A stretch of 64,000 nucleotides of DNA from Nemertoderma westbladi (Eukaryota > Animalia > Xenacoelomorpha). This document shows, piece after piece, positions 26,901-36,300 of this stretch. The translations under genes were made by a program, and so were the position numbers. The notes under the pieces were generated by a model, which searched no databases, was not told the DNA's origin, and saw only the letters and a list, made by a program, of their open reading frames with translations. Numbering within the stretch: position 1 is the stretch's first letter; the number at the start of each line of letters is the position of its first letter. The DNA is taken from contig JAUCBJ010001936.1 of the NCBI GenBank assembly GCA_032718475.1, positions 1 to 64,000 of the forward strand, in the 5' to 3' direction.

Positions 26901-27925
26901 AACCACGTGATCAATCAGTGTGTAACTAACTGCTTAACTAACCACGTGATCAATCAGTGTGTAACTAACTGCTTAACTAACCACGTGATCAATCAGTGTG
27001 TAACAAACTACTTAACTAACCACGTGATCAATCAGTGTGTAACTAACTGCTTAACTAACCACGTGATCAATCAGTGTGTAACTAACTGCTTAACTAACCA
27101 CGTGATCAATCAGTGTGTAACTAACTACTTAACTAACCACGTGATCAATCAGTGTGTAACTAACTGCTTAACTAACCACGTGATCAATCAGTGTGTAACA
27201 AACTACTTAACTAACCACGTGATCAATCAGTGTGTAACTAACTGCTTAACTAACCACGTGATCAATCAGTGTGTAACTAACTGCTTAACTAACCACGTGA
27301 TCAATCAGTGTGTAACTAACTACTTAACTAACCACGTGATCAATCAGTGTGTAACTAACTGCTTAACTAACCACGTGATCAATCAGAGTGTAACTAACTG
27401 CTTAACTAACCACGTAATCAATCAGTGTGTAACTAACTACTTAACTAACCACGTGATCAATCAGTGTGTAACTAACTGCTTAACTAACCACGTGATCAAT
27501 CAGTGTGTAACTAACTACTTAACTAACCACGTGATCAATCAGTGTGTAAGTAACTGCTTAACTAACCACGTGATCAATCAGTGTGTAACTAACTGCTTAA
27601 CTAACCACGTGATCAATCAGTGTGTAACTAACTGCTTAACTAACCACGTGATCAATCAGTGTGTAACTAACTGCTTAACTAACCACGTGATCAATCAGTG
27701 TGTAACTAACTGCTTAACTAACCACGTGATCAATCAGTGTGTAACTAACTGCTTAACTAACCACGTGATCAATCAGTGTGTAACTAACTACTTAACTAAC
27801 CACGTGATCAATCAGTGTGTAACTAACTACTTAACTAACCACGTGATCAATCAGTGTGTAACTAACTGCTTAACTAACCACGTGATCAATCAGTGTGTAA
27901 GTAACTGCTTAACTAACCACGTGAT
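14938..27925. repeat. 39-bp satellite, about 333 units
   Basis: Unit CACGTGATCAATCAGTGTGTAACTAACT(G/A)CTTAACTAAC. The exact 13-codon periodicity across the whole array shows there are no indels. Confidence 0.99.
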
Positions 27926-27957
27926 AAAGGAACGTAACAACATATTGAATGGGTGTT

Positions 27958-27963
27958 TTTATT
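27958..27963 (-). promoter_or_regulatory. Polyadenylation signal of the SLC25A1-like gene
   Basis: AATAAA on the minus strand 22 nt after the stop codon, followed by a GT-rich stretch. Confidence 0.6.
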
Positions 27964-27985
27964 AGCTAAGAAACTGAAACTATTA

Positions 27986-28115
27986 TTATTTGCCTTTCTC
28001 GGAAGATCCAGGCCAGGCAAAGTTTAAACCAATCATAGTGTAGTCCTTGATTGTCATCACCAGGGCGACGTCCAATACAACGCGAGCCATACGTGGCCAC
28101 GTTCCTTTATAAAAC
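27986..28115 (-). CDS. SLC25A1: Mitochondrial citrate carrier, exon 6 (last)
   Basis: TATAG acceptor; reads FYKGTWPRMARVVLDVALVMTIKDYTMIGLNFAWPGSSEKGK* (cf. human FYKGTVPRLGRVCLDVA). Phase matches exon 5. Confidence 0.92.
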
Positions 28116-30219
28116 CTATAAAAAAATTCAAAAATAAATAAAATATGATTGTTAGCGGAGAAGAATGGAAAGTTTTGAATTAATAGTAGTTAGTATAATC
28201 AAAGTAGCAAGTAACCTTCCAAATTACAACTGTTTTATCAGATCGATCATAAAACTACCAGGGGACAAAGTAATCGAATAAGTTGAGGAAGTTGTCGCGA
28301 TATTGAGTTCGAACTCGAAGGATTTGACTTTGGTGAACATTGGTAATACTTAATTTTTAATGTATCATTATCGAGATTTGAATTTAAATTAAATTGAATA
28401 TCTGATAAACAGTTCCAGAAAAACGGAAATGTTTTGATTATATCGAAATTCTATATCAGTAAACCATCCACTAATCAATTGCAAAATAATTTTAATATAA
28501 ACTTTATCTTACTAATATTTCAGAAGTGTAAAATAAAGTGAGTGTTACTGAAAACCCGCCACATATACTATTTATTAACTTTAAGGAATTTAATCCATAT
28601 CCTGAAAAACGGGATCCAGAGAGTGATAATCTTTTTTTTTTTTTTACTCAAAAGCCTCCATATATTATAATATTAACAAACAATAATTCGAATATAAAAA
28701 CGCGCCAAAACGAGAGAAAGCCGCCCCACTATTAGATTATTACAACAACATATCCATTGGGTAAGAAAGTGGAGGAGAGCCAGCCCGTCTCTTAATTTTT
28801 TACTTTATATTACGCGATCAATTTTCCCTCATCTCGTCATGAACCCAACATGTATGTAACCTTTTGTTAAATTTGTTGGCTATGCGTTTGCGGTTGTTTG
28901 GGCGGAGTGTGGTAGGCCTACACTTTTCACACTTAAATATTTTGGTTGTGAAATGTTACAGGGCACAGCGATCAGAGATATTTCATTTATATTTTATTAT
29001 GAGAGGAAGAAGAACATACAACGTTATTTACTATATATGTAACAAAATAATTGTCTTCGGGTTTAACTTGGAAGCCTCCCCAAATAGTTGATATACAATT
29101 ATATTTAAAATTATTTCCATGGTCATGGTCATTCACCCGTCTTTAGTTAGAAATTTGTTTGCATGAAAGACAGTTTAGTTTAGTTTTTACTGATTTATTA
29201 TCTCTTATCTGACTGGGGTAATAATAAAGGATAGGATAAATGGAAGCAAAGTGTGACAGTAACAAATATTTCCCCGTCACCCTAGCATGTCTTAAGTATA
29301 TGATAAGTCAAAAAGGGGGAAGTTTGGATTCACTGCATAAATGCAGTTCACCAAACTTCCCCCGAATGCACACTGTAACTTCCCCCTTCCCCCAAATATC
29401 CACTGTTGAATTAATTTGAAGCGATATAATAAGTACAAAATTGTGCGAGTTTTTAATTGTGTGGTCCAATTGTTATTTGATTTCTATTTATTATTTAAAG
29501 TGCATTTAATATCACACTGGTTTTTAGAATATTATACTATACAACCTTATGTTTTATTAATTTACCCAATCGAAGCCTCATAAGGGCCGGTTATTTGTAC
29601 GCATATCCCCTAATGCGCTCAGTAAGGTTCAAACAACATATTAATATGAAAATAAAGTATCTGCAAAGAAAAGAACCCAATACTATATAATTTGACCTAA
29701 TTAAAAAATTTGCACTTTTGCACACTTATTTGTATAAGTGCACTTTAGCAGATCGTAATGGTGGCTCTTATTTAACATGCTTATGTTTATCCTCTACCGA
29801 TCTACGATGGTGTATGATCAAGTGTCAGTCGCTAAAAGTGTCAAAAATCCAATTTAATAAATCTGGATTTGCGATTTTGGACCATATTCATGGACATTTT
29901 TAAGTCACTTTATAGACATAAAAAGTTAAACAAATGTTACGATTATAGTTAGAAATCATTCCAAACTACATTTTAATCCAAAAAATAACATTCTACGATG
30001 AATAGAACTGGAAATATCAGTGTTTGAAATATCGAAAAAATGTTCACTATTTAAGTGCATTTTGCACTAAGTGCACATGCGTCTTTTCCCAAGTTGTATC
30101 CTATTTCACACACTACAATCTATCCTCTATCCAATGAAAAAAGTTTCAGATTAAACGGCCCTGTAGAACCGAAGTTATTTATGTTTAAAAATAGTCACTC
30201 GAAAATTTCAAATTCTCTT

Positions 30220-30292
30220 GGTCACATAGTCTAGTGGTTATCAATCACGTTAATGAAACCTAAGTTCGCGGGTTCGAAATCCAATATTGACC
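30220..30292 (+). pseudogene. tRNA-like pseudogene or SINE head
   Basis: 73 nt with GGTCA...TGACC ends, A box TAGTCTAGTGG and B-box-like GGTTCGAAATCC; the anticodon arm does not pair. Confidence 0.4.
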
Positions 30293-31739
30293 TGACCATT
30301 CTTAATTTTTTTGCAAAAAAAATTATTTATATTTATTCACTAAAATCGCTCTAACTTCGGTTCTGGTGGTCCAAATTCAATAAAATTGGTATATTCTTTG
30401 CCGTAATTTTTTTCTTAATCTTTTGAGAAGGGGTTATTTTTGGCCCCAAAAAGATTAAAAAAAAGGGCCAAAAAAACGCGATATTTTTCGACCCTTAAAA
30501 TTCGTAATTTTAATTATATATGTTAAGATAAAAGATAGCGGAGTTAATTTGATACTTTTTACAGGTACTTTTGGCGCAATACGCTAAATTATAATGGAAT
30601 AGCGATTTGTTAAAAAAAAAAATTTTCGTCCCTTTTTATAAATATTATATTTCACACGATCGCCTGCCGCTCCAGTTTTATAATACCTCCGGCGCTGTGA
30701 TTAACGCTGTTAGATAGATAATTTAACGCACTATAAGTCTGTGTAAACAAATCTCCCGTAAGTTAAGTAGTTTTCGAGCTAGACGATTTCCCGCGAAGCA
30801 AGTTTGAAGCGCGAAATTATAATTTTGGCCCTCATTTTTTTAATATCATCCTTGGAGCAAAACCGATAGCATATTTGAAGTCCCCGTATGGATATTGACT
30901 GTATAGAATGTACCTTAACCAACTAAAGTTAAAAATAAAAAATTATTCGATAAAAACTACTTTACAAATTCTGGCCCTTTTTGGCCCCTATTGCCGACAT
31001 ATTTTTTGTACCCCCATTCGATAGGAACGTAGCCCCAATGGTCCTCTACGAGTTTCATAAAAGAATTAGTGGATTCCTACCCGCGTTGTCGAATTAAACA
31101 TTTCGGAAATAAGTTTTCCAAAAAAGACGGACAAAAACGTACAAATTTACAGCCCCTTTTTCCACCCGAAATTTTAATAAATATCTTACCCCCATCCGAT
31201 ACGAAGGTAGTACCACTCTTCCCCTTTCCAACCGCGTTACTTTCGTCCCCGTACGATTAATATTAGCCGAGTTATAGCGGATCCCGCAAAGTCATTTTGT
31301 CCGTTTTTTCAACTTTGACGGACATTTTCGGAAAAAAGGCGTGGTAATCTTTTTTGAAAAAAAAAACGAATTCACTAATTAATCCCTTCTATCGTATCCC
31401 GGCGTCGGCTAAGCAATAACCTAGGGTTTTTTCGAGCCACTGTAGAGCGCCTTTCAAAAAATTTTTAAAATTGTCGAAAAAATGACGGATTTTTGTCCGC
31501 CGTGTCCGTCGAAGGGTTAGATTTAATAATGTTAGAGTTGCTAATATCTTAGAATTCCGAGCCGCTCCCCTGGTGAGAAAATAAAAAATTTGGTCAGTTC
31601 CTTCATCGAAAAGTCCCCCAGAATCCCAAGTTAACCTATATAGTTGGCGATGGCCTGTGGCTTTAGGAGCGGCCGCGGTATTCACCTCCCTCATAGCGGC
31701 CGCGGCGGTGTTGCGTCAAATGGAGAAATATTTATCCCA

Positions 31740-32945
31740 CCAAGTACAAATATAACCCACCACCAGCTGATTCAAACTGTTACCTAGCAACAATACAAAC
31801 AATACAAATTGGTTCAGTACCCATCACCAGTCTGCCACTCTGCCACTGCCAGTACCCAACAAACCCGCCAGACCTCTAACATCTAAGCCGTCCCGGGGTC
31901 CGAGTCCGCGTTCGCCCACACAATGGACGCGTCCGCCACCGCTGCCCGCGCCGGTCTTCTAGCGGCCGACCGAAACCCACGGAGGCACATCAGGGACGAC
32001 CGGAATAAGGCGAAGTTGATGCGTCGCCGCACCCACGCTACCGACTCCGGGTAGGGAACCTGTCGTTTCTCCGACAGCCTCAACGCCACCCGCTTGACAA
32101 ACTGCTTCGCAGCCGGCGCCATGCCCCCGAAAGCGGAAAATATGAGGGGGGTGAAGGTTGAGTGCTCAACCTCACGGATCCGCTCCTCGTATCTCCGGAT
32201 CTTCCTCGCCTCGTGATGGAGGTGGGCGGCGTCCAGCGACATCGCTGCGTTGGTGTCCGCCAGCGGGTTGAACACTGACACGTCGATGAACATCTTCTGG
32301 AAGCGGTTGCCACAGAATCCGCTAACCGACACGTCGAGTCTCGCCTGCTGGTCCGTCGAGGTGGACCGGAGAGTGAAGGACTCCCCCGTCAACGGCTGGA
32401 GCATCGGCTCGACAGCCACGTTGTGGGCCACCTCAGTCAGGGAGTCGGCGACGAAATCGCGGATCTCGTTGTGTCTGATTGAGGGGAACCCCCCAGTGGG
32501 ACACGACAGAACGTGGGAAGGAGAAAATCGCGACCCAGACACAACGAGAGGGAAGATTTCTTGGCGACCAACCGTACCGGAGACAAACTGCGTCACGGAA
32601 CTCTTCCTTGGACAGGAGTTCTCGTATTGGGGTCGTAGATCCTCTGGAACCGGGATCCCCAACCCCCCATCCCGAACCGGTAGCGACAGCAACTCGCGTT
32701 CCGTCGCCGATACCGCCGGTCGGTCAATGATCCGGCAGAGGCACTGCTCCACGGCCTCCTCCAACTTCCCAAAAGAATCCGTGGCCCCCGGGACGACGCG
32801 CGCCAAGAACCGCCACCGGCAGGAGAGACCGAAGGCAAGGCCGGCGTACGCGCAGTGCGGGTCGACTGCGGCGATGGTGGCGAGGCGATCCACGTCGGTG
32901 GCGAACTCCTCCACCTTCCGCTCGGTGTACTCGCGCTGGAGAGTG
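31740..32945 (-). mobile_element. CRE-like non-LTR retrotransposon remnant with a restriction-like endonuclease, in SLC25A1 intron 5
   Basis: GC-rich island. Motifs LSLPVRDGGLGI, HVLSCPTGG..IRHNEIRD, VAVEP, RLDV, FIDV, KIRRY and FTPLIFSAFGG (PD-(D/E)xK type). It is 5'-truncated and internally deleted; the 3' boundary is approximate. Confidence 0.8.
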
Positions 32946-33354
32946 ATAATCCCGGTCCCGATCCCGGAAATCCCGAAAAGTCTGAACCCGTTTAAACTCT
33001 AATTTCAATATTCTTAGTGCTGCAGCACTGGTCGGGTTTTTCAATTTTCAACTTTTTTCGCTCATCAAGCCGTTATAAACTGTCTATTTACTTAAAAACG
33101 ATCTCCATTGGATATATTTTTCGGTTTCGGAATATAAACCCAAATCTAGATATTATTAGAGAGGTTATCAACCCTAGATATTATCAAATTCCTGCCTTTT
33201 AAAAAAATTGCCTTTTACTTCCAATGCAATATAAATTCTAGAATATAAACATATAAAGTGATTTATTCCCTAGCTACGGTAAAACCAACAGTAAGCTTCC
33301 ATTAGCCATGCTTTATTTCCACCAAGTAACATGGTAGTAAGTAAATAAACTAAC

Positions 33355-33587
33355 GCAGGCAATCCTTCGTGTTTCGCTATCTTCCAGACGCAATCAACGA
33401 CGCCGTTGTAATTCTTGGCTTCGAGGCCCTGCATCCTTGTCTTCACTACGTCGACCGGGGTGTTGGCCAGCACACTGCAGGCGCCCGCCGTCCCACCGAA
33501 CAGCAGGGTGTGGAAGGGTGTGAGTTTACTGTCGGGGCCCTTGGTGGCCCAGTCGCACAGCGTATTGTATACGGCGAATCTCACTGC
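33355..33587 (-). CDS. SLC25A1: Mitochondrial citrate carrier, exon 5
   Basis: CAG acceptor and GTTAGT donor; reads AVRFAVY...NTPVDVVKTRMQGLEA...EGLPA, containing the third Px[DE]xxK carrier signature. Confidence 0.93.
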
Positions 33588-33629
33588 CTGCGGGGTGGAT
33601 TAACATATCGTCAGTAGCAGATAGTCGAC

Positions 33630-35087
33630 AAACAGTCGGCCGAGGACGGAGGCAACCCGTAGGCTTCTCTTTCGATAGCTGCTACCCGAGGGGGGGGGGG
33701 GGGGGGGTGGGCGCTACTCCCATCTACTACCCGAAGGTAGGGGTGGGCGCTACTCCTATCTGCTACCCGAAGGTAGGGGTGGGCGCAACTTCTATCTGCT
33801 ATCCGAAGGTAAGTTTGGGTGCTTCTCCTATATGCTAGCCGAAGGTAGGGGCGGGCGCTACTCCTATCTGCTAGCCGGAGGTAGGGGTGGGCGCTACTCC
33901 TATCTGCTACCCGAAGGTAGGGGTGGGCGCTACTCCTATCTGCTACCCGAGGGTAGGGGTGGGCGCTACTCCTATCTGCTACACGAAGGTAGGGGTGGGC
34001 GCTACTCCTATCTGCTACCCGAGGGTAGGGGTGGGCGCTACTCCTATCTGCTACACGAAGGTAGGGGTGGGTGCTACTCCTATCAGCTAGCCGAAGGTAG
34101 GGGTGGGCGCTACTCCTATCTGCTACCCGAAGGTAGGTGTGGGCGCTACTCCTATCTGCTACACGAAGGAAGGGGTGGGTGCTACTCCTATCTGATACCC
34201 GAAGGTAGGGGTAGGCGCTACTCCTATCTGCTACACGAAGGTAGGGGTGGGCGCTACTCCTATCTGCTACCCGAGGGTAGGGGTGGGCGCTACTCCTATC
34301 TGCTACACAAAGGTAGGGGTGGGCGCTACTCCTATCTGCTACCCGAGGGTAGGGATGGGCGCTACTCCTATCAGCTACACGGAGGTAGGGGTGGGCGCTA
34401 CTCCTATCTGCTACACGGAGGTAGGGGTGGGCGCTACTCCTATCTGCTACCCGAGGGTAGGCGTAGGCGCTACTCCTATCTGCTACACAAAGGTAGGGGT
34501 GGGCGCTACTCCTATCTACTACCCGAGGGTAGGGGTGGGCGCTACTCCTATCTGCTGCACGGAGGTAGGGGTGGGTGCTACTCCTATCTGCTACCCGAAG
34601 GTAGGGGTGGGCGCTACTCCTATCTGCTACCCGAGGGTAGGGGTGGACGCTACTCCTATCTGCTACCCGAGGGTAGGGGTGGGCGATACTCCTATCTGCT
34701 ACCCGAGGGTAGGGGTGGGTGCTACTCCTATCTGCTACATGGAGGTAGGGGTGGACGCTACTCCTATCTGCTACCCGAGGGTAGGGGTGGGCGATACTCC
34801 TATCTTCTACCCGAGGGTAGGAGTGGGCGCTACTCGTATCTGCTACCCGAAGGTAGGGGTGGGCGCTACTCCTATCTGCTACACGAAGGTAGTGGTGGGC
34901 GCTACTCCTATCTGCTACCCGAGGTTAGGGGTGGGGGCTACTCCTATCCCAAGTTCTGCTACCAGTAATTAAACTGGTCCTCATTTTAACGACCCCATGA
35001 GATAAAATGTTGAGTAGACTCTGGCGGGGCTCGAACCTACAACCAATAGATTGCAGGCCCGGCGCTCAACCAACTGAGCTACACGCC
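33630..35087 (-). mobile_element. tRNA-derived SINE with an internal minisatellite expansion
   Basis: Head at 35087-35015 has A box TAGCTCAGTTGG and B box GGTTCGAGCC, then a core-like segment CTACTCAACATTTTATC...GGTCGTTAAAATGAGGACC. The sequence runs directly into the 36-bp array and resumes as unique tail at 33680-33630. Confidence 0.65.
33681..34948. repeat. 36-bp G-rich minisatellite, about 35 units
   Basis: Unit GCTACCCGAAGGTAGGGGTGGGCGCTACTCCTATCT with scattered substitutions. Confidence 0.97.
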
Positions 35088-36080
35088 TTAAAAAAACCCG
35101 AAAATAATAAAAATAATGCATATAAGTTGCAAAACATACAATAGTTTCAAATTTAAATTATAATTCTATATAAACCCTAACAATTATTATCAAAAATTAA
35201 TATTAATATTATTATTATATTATATTATTATTATATTACTAACAAATCAATAATAATAATAAACAAATAAATAAATAATTATAAATGATACACAAATTAA
35301 ACCGAGTGACTTAGTTAATATCGCAAACCAATCTAGAGAATGTATATCATCATTTACGAGCTAAAGCCGTTAGATTGTGTCCAATGGAAGCAAGTGGAGG
35401 GATATTTAATTTAGCAGCGAGAAAAATTGGATCCCAGTAAAATGGATCACTTGGGACACAGAGTGCACGCTGCACCGGATCGTTTTAGTTAATTAAAATA
35501 ATTAAGAATTAATAATAATTAATTAAATAATAATCTTTACAGAGTAAAATATTAAACAGATACCGGTAGTATTATTAATGATGTTAAACAATGCCGTACA
35601 CGGATACTGACTCGTATTTAAATACGCTAGGCTACATATTCCGACAGTACTGTTCATAGAGCCTTTGTGTCATATTTACAGGAAGCAGGCAGCCAGGCAC
35701 CTCGTATGCATCTCCCATCCTGTACGTACGGTACATATAGAAGAGGAGCTCACGGTAACTAAACCAAATAACAAAGCGAACGATTCAAAAATAAATACCA
35801 TCAAATAATCAAATAAAAAATCATATTAATCTTCAAATATCAAATTATCTTTTACTTCAAAACGACGAATGGTATGTGAGTATCAAATGGAGTACTCTGT
35901 TAGTATCAACTCGCACAAAACGTTACCTCGGTAGGAAAAGTTAACGACCGGAAAAAAAACAATTATAAGATTGGTTTGATTACCGGTATCGAAATTATTA
36001 TCGCACTGTTCTACTGTACATCTGCCAGGAAAATTAATTGTATAAATATAATACCTAATCGTTCACACACCCGGACTCAC

Positions 36081-36230
36081 CTGATTGGATGATTGTTTAA
36101 CTACTGTTGCTAGGACTCCCCTATAGATACCCTGGAAACCGCTCTCTCTGACTATTTCTCTGATCCCATGGAAGAGACCCCGGTATTTCTTCATATGAGA
36201 AGGCCGATTCAAGTCATCAATAAATTTCGT
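36081..36230 (-). CDS. SLC25A1: Mitochondrial citrate carrier, exon 4
   Basis: TTTTATAG acceptor and GTGAGT donor, 150 nt; reads TKFIDDLNRPSHMKKYRGLFHGIREIVRESGFQGIYRGVLATVVKQSSNQ. Confidence 0.93.
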
Positions 36231-36300
36231 CTATAAAATCAAAAGACAGAAAAAAATTAACAGAATACAAGAATTTTAGTAGTTACTTATGATTGTTTAA

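Noticed and set aside
14938-27925. Telomeric or interstitial telomeric repeat (GGTTAG on the minus strand)
   Set aside because: There is only one GGTTAG per 39-bp unit, no TTAGG or TTAGGG runs, and unique sequence lies on both sides.
14973-27965. 4330-aa ORF (HVINQCVTNCLTN)n as a real protein
   Set aside because: It has no ATG start and no unique domains, coincides exactly with the satellite, and most variants are non-synonymous. It stays open simply because the 39-bp unit lacks a stop in one frame.
33832-34972. 378-aa and 241-aa Gly/Arg/Tyr-rich ORFs
   Set aside because: They are translations of the 36-bp minisatellite, antisense within an intron and open in two frames.
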